Positions 52,863 through 63,605 are shown, numbered from the stretch's first letter. The stretch: 64,000 bases of DNA from Promethearchaeota archaeon (GCA_029838195.1 JALGVJ010000001.1:128001-192000); one strand, 5' to 3'. A program made the numbers and translations. The notes: generated by a model from the letters alone, not told the origin.

Positions 52863-53456
52863 TTAGAGGGTTGATAAGAACTCTGTTACTGCTTCTGTTT
52901 CATCAGGATCAATATCTTCTTCTCCAAATCGCTGGTTTGTAAGGGTAAACTTAAAGGTACATTTTTCACCTCCTAATAACATGCACTCAATTTCTTCACT
53001 TTCAGCTTCAATTCCTAAGCTCGCCATTACACCATTTAATAAACCCTCATAGAGATAACATAAATTCTTCGCCATGACGTTTGTTTTTTCTTCTTCTACG
53101 AGGGAATTATAGACGCTAATTAAAATATGATCTTCCTTGAAGATCCCTCGTAAATATCCAAATCCTAATAATCCAAAACCTTCTAAAATTCCCAAAATGA
53201 CTTGTTTTTTAGTGGAAAGGTCCACGTCACTCCAATCTTTTTGATAAAAGAATTTTTCCATAAAATTTTTGCCAATATTTTTCCCTGTCCAGATGATAAT
53301 ATCCATGGCATTCGTTCCTGCGAACTCTAAAAATTCAATTAAATCAATGGGTCGTAGCATTAATAATCGTAAATCCTTGTGAGGGTCTCCTAAAAATAAT
53401 TGTCCTTTATCTTCATCAATTTTTATTTGTAGCTCTTTTTTCAGCTTTTTAAACAT
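52863..53456 (-). CDS. V4R-domain protein (Bet3/TRAPP-related fold)
   Basis: GFG..., LCYLYEGLLNG, EEIECMLLGGEKCTF. Confidence 0.85.
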   Translation of the reverse strand: MFKKLKKELQIKIDEDKGQLFLGDPHKDLRLLMLRPIDLIEFLEFAGTNAMDIIIWTGKNIGKNFMEKFFYQKDWSDVDLSTKKQVILGILEGFGLLGFGYLRGIFKEDHILISVYNSLVEEEKTNVMAKNLCYLYEGLLNGVMASLGIEAESEEIECMLLGGEKCTFKFTLTNQRFGEEDIDPDETEAVTEFLSTL

Positions 53457-53624
53457 GGTTTGGGCCTATAAAAGGAATTTAATTTATTATAAATTATTAT
53501 AAGGACTCATTCTATATAAAGAAAGATTAAGTATTTATTTTTAATTTTTTATCGCGCTAAAATTATCATGAGGTTAAAAATTAGTCCCTTTTCATTCTTA
53601 TTAGCTATAATACAACTGAAATTA

Positions 53625-54647
53625 TTACGATTCATGTTGGTTTTTTCGAGCAAATTCGCGAACATAGCGAATGAACGTGTCAATGTTAAAATTTGTCTTG
53701 ACTGAGGTGAAAAGAAATTTCCATTCTCTATTTTCGATAGCATCAAATTCAAATGTTTCAAACAATCGTGTTTTCAATTGAGAAAGATGATGCTCATCTG
53801 GAGCGTCCTTGGACATGTTGTTAATTAAATCTACTTTATTAGCTAAAATAATTAAAGGGACTCCATATAATTCATATCGATTTAAAATTTTCCAGAACGC
53901 TTGTTTTGATTCCTCAAATCTATTAGGATTCGCAGCATCAATCATGAAGGTGATAATGTTCGAATCTTGTATTCCCAATAACCATTTTTTTCGAAAATTT
54001 TGTTGTCCAGGCATGTCCCATAGAGCCAATAGTCGATTATCATCTTGAACATATTCAATATTAAATTTTCTAGTGGGCGTAAAAAAATTATCATCATATT
54101 CCCCTGTCTTGATCCTTCTTACAAGAGATGTCTTTCCAGCAGCATCAATGCCGAATAAAAATAGTTTAATTGTATTTGTTTTAGTCATCAGCTCTATTTT
54201 TGGATATTTTTCAACGACCTCATCTCCATATCTCCTCAGATCAATAAATAAAGTGATTAAAAAGTTTTCGATATTTATTTCTTCTTCAAAAGGGCTAAAA
54301 CTTTCAGAATTTAAGTACTCATTTAATAATTCCAAAAAATATTCTCTATAATCAAAGGGATTATCATGCTGTTCAAAAATTAAACCAACATGAATTTTTT
54401 GATTAATGCTCATGGAAAAAATGTTGAGTCCCTTGAGGACTTGAGCTTTTGGTTCAGAAATAGTATATTTTAAATGATTATTGTTTTTTATTATTTGGAC
54501 ATTTGTTTCTAATCCTTGCCCGAGAAAAAAATTCTTAATAAGTTGTTTATCGTTGAGGAAAGGAAAGTTTTCTGGATAACTATAAATGTTTAGCTCATCT
54601 AGCTCATTGATGTCATTTCCTATAAAACAAAATATATACTGTATCAA
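53625..54647 (-). CDS. Longin/uDENN-like domain fused to Arf-like small GTPase
   Basis: G1 GIDAAGKTS, G2 TPT, G3 WDMPGQ, G4 ANKVD, G5 TSVK; N-terminal YSYPE...VGLIFEQHDNPFDY. Confidence 0.85.
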   Translation of the reverse strand: MIQYIFCFIGNDINELDELNIYSYPENFPFLNDKQLIKNFFLGQGLETNVQIIKNNNHLKYTISEPKAQVLKGLNIFSMSINQKIHVGLIFEQHDNPFDYREYFLELLNEYLNSESFSPFEEEINIENFLITLFIDLRRYGDEVVEKYPKIELMTKTNTIKLFLFGIDAAGKTSLVRRIKTGEYDDNFFTPTRKFNIEYVQDDNRLLALWDMPGQQNFRKKWLLGIQDSNIITFMIDAANPNRFEESKQAFWKILNRYELYGVPLIILANKVDLINNMSKDAPDEHHLSQLKTRLFETFEFDAIENREWKFLFTSVKTNFNIDTFIRYVREFARKNQHES

Positions 54648-54743
54648 GTTTTTCGCAAAGCGTTTTATCCCTTATTAATGGAAAATAACTTGTACCTAAA
54701 AAAAGTTTTGAATGATACATGGAAAATTCGTGAAAAAAGAATT

Positions 54744-56030
54744 TTATGAACCAGATTTTCTTGGAGTATTACATATAGGACATTTATTCCATTCTGGGCG
54801 TAAAGCATAGCCACATTGTGGGCAAGGCTCTAAGCTTTCCTCTGGCTCCCATTCTGGAATGTTTAATTCGCTCATTTGTCTTTTTTTTGCCAATTCCTCT
54901 AAGGATTTTTCATCCCAAACCTCCATTCCTTCAGGAATGCCAGATCTTCGGCTTTTAGCTAATTCCTCCAATTCTTCTTCCGTCCATACCTCTAAACTTG
55001 ATGGAACAGGTCCCTCTGCCCTTTCGGCGTTTTTCACGAGCTCTTCTTCCTTCCACACGTCTAATTCGGGTTCTCCATGCCTGGATTCACCTTGTAAGCG
55101 CGAAGTAGCTTCACAACAAAGGGCAGAAAATTTTAATAACGCTTCAAAGCACCTTTCAAATTTGGTATTTTCAGTAGATTCATTAATTACAGCAATAAAT
55201 GTAGTTTTTCTAGAAGGTTGGGGAATAGCGAGTGCGTTTATCACGATATTCGATTTAGCTCGGCCCGATTCAAGATCCGTGGTAAGATTATTCATGACCT
55301 CCATTAAATCATCGTCTTCATGAAGATAATCGCAATATGGATCGCCATGACGCTGAAAATTTTCTTGATAATTAATTAAAAAATTTTTTATATCTTTCGA
55401 TTCAATTTTTTTTAAAAGTTGATCCAATGCATTAATTAACGTTGAGGTAGAAGTTTCCCCATTGAAAAAATTCGCTCCTTCTTTCCATGTGATACTTTCC
55501 ATTACCGGTGAAAATAAAGGTTCTACATTCTTGATTTTACCATGGATAATGGCCCGAGGTAGCAAACATTTAATTTCTCCGGTATAAATAATGAGGGTAT
55601 CATATAATTTAGGATTTTTCCCATCTATTTCTATTTGGGGAATATTATTAAAATGAACATTGATAAAAGGCATTTCTTTAACGGCTATGATTGCCCCACA
55701 AGTTTTATTAATTTTTTCTCTTAGCATTTTAAAATAAGATTTAACAAAATCTTTTAATTTACTTTTTTGATCTTTATATTCTTCTTTTTCTAACTCTTTA
55801 TCTACTTGTTCCCATAGAGATTTTATTAGATTCTCATTTCTTTTAATATTTCCACCGTACTTGATCACGTCTCCCACGGTATTCAGCTTTAAAATCTCAG
55901 TTGCTTGCTCGATTAAATTTTCTTGATATGGGTTTAATTTTTCAAAATCTAAAAATTCTTGAATATCTATCTCTAAGAAATCTATTATTTTTTGATAAAA
56001 ATCGAGTTCAGACAAATATAACCACCGCAA
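54744..56030 (-). CDS. Hypothetical protein with C-terminal tandem VWxEEEL repeats and zinc ribbon
   Basis: LDVWKEEELVKNA / LEVWTEEELEELAK / MEVWDEKSLEELAK; CPQCGYALRPEWNKCPIC. Confidence 0.75.
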   Translation of the reverse strand: MRWLYLSELDFYQKIIDFLEIDIQEFLDFEKLNPYQENLIEQATEILKLNTVGDVIKYGGNIKRNENLIKSLWEQVDKELEKEEYKDQKSKLKDFVKSYFKMLREKINKTCGAIIAVKEMPFINVHFNNIPQIEIDGKNPKLYDTLIIYTGEIKCLLPRAIIHGKIKNVEPLFSPVMESITWKEGANFFNGETSTSTLINALDQLLKKIESKDIKNFLINYQENFQRHGDPYCDYLHEDDDLMEVMNNLTTDLESGRAKSNIVINALAIPQPSRKTTFIAVINESTENTKFERCFEALLKFSALCCEATSRLQGESRHGEPELDVWKEEELVKNAERAEGPVPSSLEVWTEEELEELAKSRRSGIPEGMEVWDEKSLEELAKKRQMSELNIPEWEPEESLEPCPQCGYALRPEWNKCPICNTPRKSGS

Positions 56031-56272
56031 GCCATGAGCTTGAAGTTTTTTATCATTATAATATGATTAATGATAAGGCTATAAAAATTTAATGTTGTAT
56101 CGCTGAATTTAAAAACGATCCCAAAAATTAAATCCTTCTGACTTTTATTATCATTCTTACCGAAAACCTAGAATTAATATTAATAAAATATAATATAATT
56201 TGTGATACGGTTTTTTTAAATAACATGAAAACATTTATAGATGGTTTTTATTAAATATAAAAGGAGAGGTCC

Positions 56273-57418
56273 ATGATTCATCATAATACTGAAAAAGATG
56301 AAAAAGAAATAGAAGCCATAAAATTAATTGATAAAGCAGAAGAATTAGTGGCTAAAGGAAAAGGCGAAGAAGCCATTAACATGTATGAAAAAGCCGCTCA
56401 AATATATCTCAATTTAGGAAGTTATATCAAGTTAGACCAGTTATTCATCAGAATCATCGATATCATTTCCCAATTCAAGAATAAAATTCAAGCGATTTAT
56501 CGATTAAAATCCATGATTAGAAAAACGGAAAAATTGAATTTAAAAGAAATTTCTGCCCGATTGCTAATACAACTTGGGAATATCTCCTTTAACATGAAAG
56601 ATTGGGAAAGTGCGGGTGAAAGCTGGAGAAAAGCTTCAGAATATCTCCAAGAAGAAGATCTAGAAGAATACCGCGACCTGTCTTCCTTATTGCTTCTAAA
56701 GGCGGGACAAGTCCTTGAACGCTCATCTATTAAAAGAGATCTAGGAAAACGCCTTATATTAAAAGGTGTCATGAGAAAAACTAAATTTGATGAACATTAT
56801 GAAATGAAGGAAAATAGAGCCTTAACACTCTTGGAAATGAAAGAATTTGAAGCAGCCGGAAAAAAATTCTTGGAGATTGCTAAAAATTTTGAAAAATCGC
56901 TCAGGAATATTGATGATCTCATTGATGAGGAATATAAAGACACTATTTTGACTACAAAAGCAAGGTTCATCCATTTCATAGCAGAATATCAAACTGTTGC
57001 CGCTCTTTGTTTGAGAGCTGCCAAGGATAGCAAATATAACGACCAAATTAAAAGCCTTGGAAAAAGCTCAATTGAATTGTTTAAGAAATCCATTAGCTTA
57101 TTAAAAGAATATCTTCTAAATGTAAAAAATGAACATGATTTTGATAAGGAACTCATTCTCAGGATAACCTTCGACACCATGCTAATTGAAATCATTCAAG
57201 AAATGTTAGGAAATCAGATAATAAAACCCTTAGAATATCTTCTTGAAAAATCTGAAGACCATGAAATTTTAATTCGAAAACTGAAAGAATCTCCATATTA
57301 TAAGATATCTGAGCGAATAGAAAACGTAGGAATCCAAGATACTTTAGATAAATTGCTTGAAACTAATCTTGGACACTTCGAGAAGATAAAAAATACCTTA
57401 ATTTCATATTTCATGTAA
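56273..57418 (+). CDS. TPR / alpha-SNAP-like helical repeat protein
   Basis: EEAINMYEKAAQIY, KDWESAGESWRKASEY, EFEAAGKKFLEIA helix pairs; GGAGAGG upstream. Confidence 0.65.
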   Translation: MIHHNTEKDEKEIEAIKLIDKAEELVAKGKGEEAINMYEKAAQIYLNLGSYIKLDQLFIRIIDIISQFKNKIQAIYRLKSMIRKTEKLNLKEISARLLIQLGNISFNMKDWESAGESWRKASEYLQEEDLEEYRDLSSLLLLKAGQVLERSSIKRDLGKRLILKGVMRKTKFDEHYEMKENRALTLLEMKEFEAAGKKFLEIAKNFEKSLRNIDDLIDEEYKDTILTTKARFIHFIAEYQTVAALCLRAAKDSKYNDQIKSLGKSSIELFKKSISLLKEYLLNVKNEHDFDKELILRITFDTMLIEIIQEMLGNQIIKPLEYLLEKSEDHEILIRKLKESPYYKISERIENVGIQDTLDKLLETNLGHFEKIKNTLISYFM

Positions 57419-57539
57419 CCTTACTATGATTATATTTCTTTTAAACAGCATTTAGAAACAAGGTTTTCTTTAAAACGTCTTTTTAACTAAAAATTTATAC
57501 CCAACCAAAAATTTAAAATAATTTTCTCAAACTGTTAAT

Positions 57540-57899
57540 TTAAAACTTGAAAATCAGGCGTTTAAATTTAAGAACACTAATCTTTCTCACGCCATGATTT
57601 CCACTGCTATAATCACACGTTATAAGTCCTGCTCTTTCAAGCATTTTAATCTGTGCCGAGATATTCGCTTCTGTCATGTTTAGCGCCGAAGCGATGTTTG
57701 ACACGTCCGATGGTTGATGTTGAATCATGGATAATATTTGTCGCCTGGTTTTACTGGATAAAGCCTTGATAGTTAATTCAATTTCCTCGTCTGAGGTAAC
57801 AATTTGGGATTCATTTTCGTTCTCTAATTTTAACATTAGTGTTGACTTAGGTAAACTTTCACTTTCTAATTCTAAAATATTGCTATCTGAAATTTGCAT
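57540..57899 (-). CDS. ArsR-family winged HTH regulator
   Basis: KALSSKTRRQIL...DVSNIASALNMTEANISAQIKMLERAGLI...G.HG.RK. Confidence 0.88.
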   Translation of the reverse strand: MQISDSNILELESESLPKSTLMLKLENENESQIVTSDEEIELTIKALSSKTRRQILSMIQHQPSDVSNIASALNMTEANISAQIKMLERAGLITCDYSSGNHGVRKISVLKFKRLIFKF

Positions 57900-58000
57900 T
57901 ATTATTTTATTAGTGGTTTATTAATTTTAAATCGATTTTGACAAGGAAAATAAATAAATTCAAGCTTTAAAATGTTGCTTAAAAATTTTACATGATGATA

Positions 58001-58047
58001 TTGTAAGTAAAATATTGAAATGATTACAATGGATACAATACTTACAA
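58001..58047. promoter_or_regulatory. Inverted repeat TTGTAAGTA...TACTTACAA with internal TACAAT repeats upstream of the ArsR gene
   Basis: ttgtaagta 58001-58009 and tacttacaa 58039-58047; ttacaat 58024 and tacaat 58034. Confidence 0.4.
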
Positions 58048-58546
58048 ATGATATCAAAAAATTACCTTTTAAACAAACAATTATTAATTAAGTTCAGATC
58101 TTAAATATTAAAATAGATCTTTATTTAATTAATTTAAATTATAGGAAACGCAATTTAGCTATGAAGATTGATGAGAGCTTGTGGAAAGTACAATTTATCT
58201 CTTTCCGAATTGGTCTATATTCTTGAAATTCGATTTTCTACAGCTAATTTCACATTTAATGAAAGTTCAAGTATTTTTTGAAATTTCGTTAGTATTTCGA
58301 ATGTTTTCTTGTCATGACTATAAATTAATTTTTTTGGGAAAATTGCTTTAAAGACATTTACCCAATTTATCCTAAAAGCAATAAATTTTACCAATTGGCC
58401 AAAAACATTCACAATTTTATAGAAATAAAAAATTTTTTAAGATTTTCTCTATTTTTTCGAATACTTTTAAATACAATGCTTACTTTTCCTACAAGATAAA
58501 CAAAAAATTACATTTTCTATAATTATAAAACACAAAAATTTTTCTC

Positions 58547-59188
58547 ATGTCAACAAGAAAGAAAAAAGGCTCCGCAATAATCCGAAAGGAAAGAGGAAAA
58601 AATGATACTGTTCTGACCATACGTATAGATAAAGAATTAAACGATATAATTCAACAACTTGGAGTAAAAAAGAGATTATCCAAATCAATTGTACTTAGAA
58701 ATTATTTAGAACTAGTACGCTATTTCCATGTCGATCATGACTCATTACGCTCATTAAACGAGAATGAGCTAATTATCACGAAAAGAAATTTTTTGTTCAA
58801 TCTTTTGGAAGAATTAGATGAGTTAAAACAAATTGAATATGGTTCACGCTTGGCCCGGTATATTAATGATATAGCCAGAATTCAGGGAAAAGATGATGAT
58901 ATCGGCTACAAGTTAGATTTATGCGAAAAACATGGTTTTTTTCCTAAATTTATTGATAAAAGAAATTATATTCTTATTTCAAAAAAATTTGGCCCAAAGA
59001 AATTCGTGGAAGCATTTTCTTGGATCTTACTAACTAAGGGTGAAGAAGGAGATTTTGATACTGCATTCATAGAGAGTGAAATATCGAAAAGTAGCAAAAT
59101 AAAGCGAAGTTATTTCGAAAAGATTAATCCGATTGAAAGAGATGCTTCCTATTATGCTTTTGAATTTGCTAAATATACTGAGAAATAA
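58547..59188 (+). CDS. RHH-domain regulator with C-terminal domain of unknown function
   Basis: TVLTIRIDKEL..II......RLSKS.VLRNYL. Confidence 0.7.
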   Translation: MSTRKKKGSAIIRKERGKNDTVLTIRIDKELNDIIQQLGVKKRLSKSIVLRNYLELVRYFHVDHDSLRSLNENELIITKRNFLFNLLEELDELKQIEYGSRLARYINDIARIQGKDDDIGYKLDLCEKHGFFPKFIDKRNYILISKKFGPKKFVEAFSWILLTKGEEGDFDTAFIESEISKSSKIKRSYFEKINPIERDASYYAFEFAKYTEK

Positions 59189-59231
59189 AAAAATATGAGA
59201 TCCATGAAAAAATTTCATCAAGGAAGAAATT

Positions 59232-60959
59232 TCAGTTTTTATCCAAGATTTCCTTCAATCCAAGAATTGGAACGATTGACTTGTTTGGGCGATAAAGAAT
59301 TTCATAATTTATTTCATGGAGTACTCTCTCAATTGAAAAGTAATTTAGAAGGACAAGAGAGCAAGAATAGGTGTTTAAAATTTCTTTCATCACTTTTCCT
59401 TCCCAATAATTTAAAACGTATAAAAGAGAATCAAGGAATTTACTTGAAGGCTTAGCAGCTTTTCTGAAGAACATTCTGTATAGAATCTCTTCTGGAACTT
59501 CATATTTTCCCTTAGAAATCACTTGTTTTTCAATATAAAGTAAGAGAGTATTAAATTTTATATAGGAAAGTGCTCTAAAAATTGAGGCTAAATCTTTTTC
59601 TATCGGGAATTTTTCCTTTTTTTCTTCAATGGTTAGTTGAGGATCTCCTTCAAAATCGATGAAATAGAATTCATGAGCACCCTTTTTCTTTTTATAAAGG
59701 ATTTGTTCCATGTGAAGATCTTGATGAATTTTTTGTACATATACGGTTTTAGAATCGTAATCATGCTGAAAACGTTCAATTAAATCTTGAGTATCAATAA
59801 GTAATGAAATAATTTTTGGTAGATTATAGTAGGAACTTTTAGATTTTTTTTCCATGGTTTCGTGTAAATGAGCTATTATGGTATTTAGCTTTCTTGAATA
59901 AACGTCAAAAAAAGAATTACTCGCAACATGATATTCTTGTTCGTCATTAATATTAGGATCTTTCAGAGCTTCATGTAATTGCCTGATGTATGTGCCTATT
60001 TCTTTGGATACTTGAATTGTTTCCATGCAATATTGGTTTATTAATGCTGAGCAATCATCATCATTTTTCAAATAAGAATATTCTTCATTTACATTCTTAA
60101 AAACGTCATAAATTAAGGAATTTAATTCATTCCAATAGATTTCACCAATATTTCCATCGTTTTCTACCTTTTCAAGAATTCCTATCGAATCCTTATTTTG
60201 CACTCTTAATTTTCCATATATTTTCGGAGCATACGGAAATTTATTTCTTACCAAGAGAAAAAGAGTTGAAGTTTCCACGTTTTCGGTATATTCTTTATAA
60301 GATTTCAAGATAAATGATGAAAGATTATTTTCTTTTTTCTTTTTATTAATTACATCCAATTGGAATACCAAATTCGTGGTGTTTCCTTTACCTAATTGCG
60401 ATAATGATAAAGAATATCTATTCGGATATAGGCTAGCTTCAATGAGGTCTTGTACTTTCCTCATGTTCACGGGATCTTCGAATTGTTCCAAGTAAAGACT
60501 TAACTCTAAATCGTAATCAGGAAATCGCTCTGAAATATCTTTATCAAATAATATCTTTTTCCAAAAATATAAACAGAATTCGGCTTCTACTAAATTTAAC
60601 GTGATGATTTCTCGTTTGTTTTCAATAGTAATGATAATTTTTTTGCTAAACGTGTTGCTGGTAAGTTTAATAATGTTTTCCGTGGATTGCTCCTCAGGAT
60701 CCAAAATCTCTTGTACATTTTTCTCATAAGAAATGAGAGGAAGAAAATACGATTTTGAATATCCTGGTCCATAGATCTCTATATTAGAAATAATAAGAAT
60801 CTCTTCTAAAAATTGAAAATATTGAATTTTTACTTCAAAATTGAGAGTAGAGAGAAGGGATTTGTCTCCAAACCATCTTTTAGAAAGGAGCCATCCTTTA
60901 AATTCATTAGAATTAAAAACTTCCTGCATTAAATTTTGATCAATATAAGAGCTATACAT
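59232..60959 (-). CDS. Maltokinase (Mak/Pep2, TreS-C-terminal-like)
   Basis: WL..KRWFG.KS N-cap, LHEAL, IHQDLHMEQIL, FIDFEGDP, KDLAS.FRALSY, E..YE..YRP. Confidence 0.85.
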   Translation of the reverse strand: MYSSYIDQNLMQEVFNSNEFKGWLLSKRWFGDKSLLSTLNFEVKIQYFQFLEEILIISNIEIYGPGYSKSYFLPLISYEKNVQEILDPEEQSTENIIKLTSNTFSKKIIITIENKREIITLNLVEAEFCLYFWKKILFDKDISERFPDYDLELSLYLEQFEDPVNMRKVQDLIEASLYPNRYSLSLSQLGKGNTTNLVFQLDVINKKKKENNLSSFILKSYKEYTENVETSTLFLLVRNKFPYAPKIYGKLRVQNKDSIGILEKVENDGNIGEIYWNELNSLIYDVFKNVNEEYSYLKNDDDCSALINQYCMETIQVSKEIGTYIRQLHEALKDPNINDEQEYHVASNSFFDVYSRKLNTIIAHLHETMEKKSKSSYYNLPKIISLLIDTQDLIERFQHDYDSKTVYVQKIHQDLHMEQILYKKKKGAHEFYFIDFEGDPQLTIEEKKEKFPIEKDLASIFRALSYIKFNTLLLYIEKQVISKGKYEVPEEILYRMFFRKAAKPSSKFLDSLLYVLNYWEGKVMKEILNTYSCSLVLLNYFSIERVLHEINYEILYRPNKSIVPILGLKEILDKN

Positions 60960-61421
60960 CGCTGATTACATTTTTCTAGTTTTTATAAATAAATAGTAAT
61001 CTCATTCTTTAATAAACTTCATCAAAAATTAAATTTATAGCCTAAGTAGAAAGTCAGTAAATCATTAAATCTAATAATACCTCAATAAAGAATCGGATCA
61101 AAATCCTTAACAAACATTTTTAATTTAATGGAGAAATTGATATATTAATCGTTCGATTATCGCCCATGTTATAAATATTTAAAATTAGTAGGAAAGCTAA
61201 GAATGCATTTAACGATTGAATGCCGTTCTTTTTCGATTTCTATTTTTATTAAAAAAAAGGAAATTAATGATTAAATCGAATGAATTATTTAAATCCTCAA
61301 TCCTTTTTCTATCTAAAAATTGCGGTCGGTACACGATTTTTTATCCCAAAATTTTTTCATGGAGGAATCTCTTTATTATTTTACCTAACAAAAAACCAAT
61401 TCACCTTAAGAGAATAGAAAA

Positions 61422-63605
61422 ATGAATGATGAAAAATCGCTCTATTTTGGAATAACTTTTCATTTTCATCAACCCGTTGACAATTATAATAGCGTAATCG
61501 AAGATTGTTATCAAAAAGCGTATTTACCTCTCATCAATTCCATGTTGGACCATCCCCAATTAAAATTTACTTTGCATTTTTCTGGAAATATATTGCAGTG
61601 GTTTTTAGATAATAAACCAGAAATCATTGAAAAAATTCGGTTAATGGCAAGGAGAAATCAAATTGAAATAATCGGCGGAGGTTTTTATGAACCAATATAC
61701 GCAATAATTCCCGATAGAGATAATATCGTGCAGATCAAAAAATTATCGGAATTAATTGAAAGGGTTTTTCATTTAGAAGTAAATGGAGCATGGTTGTCAG
61801 AACGAGTCTGGGAACCTCATTATCCCACTTTTTTGAGGAAAGTTGGATTAAAATATGTTATTGTTGATGATAACCATCTTCGTTCTTGTGGCATGCTCGA
61901 GGAGGATACACTCTATACCTATAATACGGAAGATCAAGGGCAAACCATTCGCATTTTTCCTATTAATGAAAAAATTCGATATTTAACTCCTTGGAAACCA
62001 ACACCTTATACTATAAAATATTTGAAAGATTTAGCTAATAAAAATGGAGACCGCCTGGTCCTCATGATCTCTGATGCTGAAAAAATGGGCGTTTGGGGTA
62101 CCACCCATGAAATTTGTTATATTCAAGGAAAGGGGCATCAAGAAGGAGATAAAGGAAAACCCTTCATTCCGACACTATTTTCTAATCTCATCAAGAATTC
62201 TTGGATAAAATCCATAACGTTAACAGAATATATGAAAATCCAGCCCCCTAAAAGCTTAATCTATTTGCCTACTGCAAGTTATGATAAAATGGAAGAATGG
62301 GCTCTTCCCACGCCTATGCGAAAAAAATTTGAAAAAATGAAAAAAAAATTAGAAAATGATGAAAATAATAAAGAATGCTTGCAATTTTTAAAAGGAGGTT
62401 TCTGGCGTTATTTCTTGGTAAAATATCCCGAATCTAATAACATGCATAAAAAAATGCTTCACGTGAGAGAAAAAATCCTTCAAGTAGAACAGGCATTAAA
62501 TAAGATTAACGATAAATTAAAAGTAAAAAATATTAAAATGAAAGTATCTCAGGCTTGGGAAGAAATCTACAAGGCTCAATGTAATGATGCTTATTGGCAC
62601 GGTCTTTTCGGAGGTATATACTTGCAATTTTTGCGATTTGCGATTTATGCTCATTTAATTAATGCAGATAAAATCATCGATGAAATTACTCAACAACTTT
62701 ATTCGGGTCAAAAAAATTATATCTCAATTCTTCCGGCAGATTTCACTAAAGACGGCAAGATGGAACTCCTTATCGAGTCTAATGTAATTAATGCGTATTT
62801 TAATTTGGATGATGGAGGAACGATTTTTGAATTAGATTATAAACCTAAATCTTATAATCTTCTCAATACTTTGACTCGATGGATTGAAGCATACCATGAC
62901 GAGGAGAAAATTCAAACAAAAGAGATCTTCATTGATGATTATCGACAGAGTATGTTACGCATCCGATTCTTTGAAAATACTACTACGATTTATGATTTAG
63001 AATCGAATAAATACAAAGAATTAGGCGATTTTATTGATGGAGCATTTCAAGTATTAAAGAGTCAAAAAGAAAATAAAACGGCCATTATTGAATTAGAAAA
63101 GAAAGGAACGATAAATCTTCTTACCCATGGGATTAAAATTCCTTGCATTCTTACAAAAAAAATTTTAATTGAAGAAAATCAAATACTCATTTCCATTCAT
63201 GGAACTCTCGAAAACCTTTTTGAAAAAGATCAGGAATTTATAAAAGCCCTTAAACTTATTAATATTGGGATAGATCTCCCCTTTTTCTTTAATGGAGATC
63301 CTTCAAAATTTAATTGGGAATGTTCGAATCTTAAAGTCTTACCAAATCAAGATGAATTCAAGGAGCTATTAAAAACATGTGAATTCCATGGCTCAGATTT
63401 TACAGCTAAAGATGAGAGCTATGATTTAAAATTCTCCATCATGGTAGCTTCTAATACTGAAAATGTAAAAATTGGGAAATATCCTATAATTACCCGTACT
63501 TATACGGAAGAAGGATATAAAGATCTCTATCAAGGTGTAAGCGTTATCCCAATATTCAACATTAACGGGGATTTTGAAATCAACCTCAAATTAACCATCA
63601 TATAA
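61422..63605 (+). CDS. GH57 4-alpha-glucanotransferase / alpha-amylase
   Basis: HFHQP, GGGFYEPI, WLSERVWEP nucleophile, DAEKMGVW acid/base, YLPTASY..MEEW, KYPESN.MHK, AQCNDAYWHGLFGGIYL. Confidence 0.92.
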   Translation: MNDEKSLYFGITFHFHQPVDNYNSVIEDCYQKAYLPLINSMLDHPQLKFTLHFSGNILQWFLDNKPEIIEKIRLMARRNQIEIIGGGFYEPIYAIIPDRDNIVQIKKLSELIERVFHLEVNGAWLSERVWEPHYPTFLRKVGLKYVIVDDNHLRSCGMLEEDTLYTYNTEDQGQTIRIFPINEKIRYLTPWKPTPYTIKYLKDLANKNGDRLVLMISDAEKMGVWGTTHEICYIQGKGHQEGDKGKPFIPTLFSNLIKNSWIKSITLTEYMKIQPPKSLIYLPTASYDKMEEWALPTPMRKKFEKMKKKLENDENNKECLQFLKGGFWRYFLVKYPESNNMHKKMLHVREKILQVEQALNKINDKLKVKNIKMKVSQAWEEIYKAQCNDAYWHGLFGGIYLQFLRFAIYAHLINADKIIDEITQQLYSGQKNYISILPADFTKDGKMELLIESNVINAYFNLDDGGTIFELDYKPKSYNLLNTLTRWIEAYHDEEKIQTKEIFIDDYRQSMLRIRFFENTTTIYDLESNKYKELGDFIDGAFQVLKSQKENKTAIIELEKKGTINLLTHGIKIPCILTKKILIEENQILISIHGTLENLFEKDQEFIKALKLINIGIDLPFFFNGDPSKFNWECSNLKVLPNQDEFKELLKTCEFHGSDFTAKDESYDLKFSIMVASNTENVKIGKYPIITRTYTEEGYKDLYQGVSVIPIFNINGDFEINLKLTII

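Noticed and set aside
58215-58412. 65-aa ORF between ArsR and RHH genes
   Set aside because: No motif, no SD, plausible by chance in AT-rich DNA
2850-59455. Many short antisense or overlapping ORFs in the track (e.g. 2850-3104, 14125-14592, 28802-29107, 39782-40171, 54859-55323, 59195-59455)
   Set aside because: They overlap well-supported genes and show no recognisable motifs; treated as shadow ORFs
61216-61425. 69-aa ORF upstream of GH57
   Set aside because: Low-complexity promoter-like sequence with no protein features
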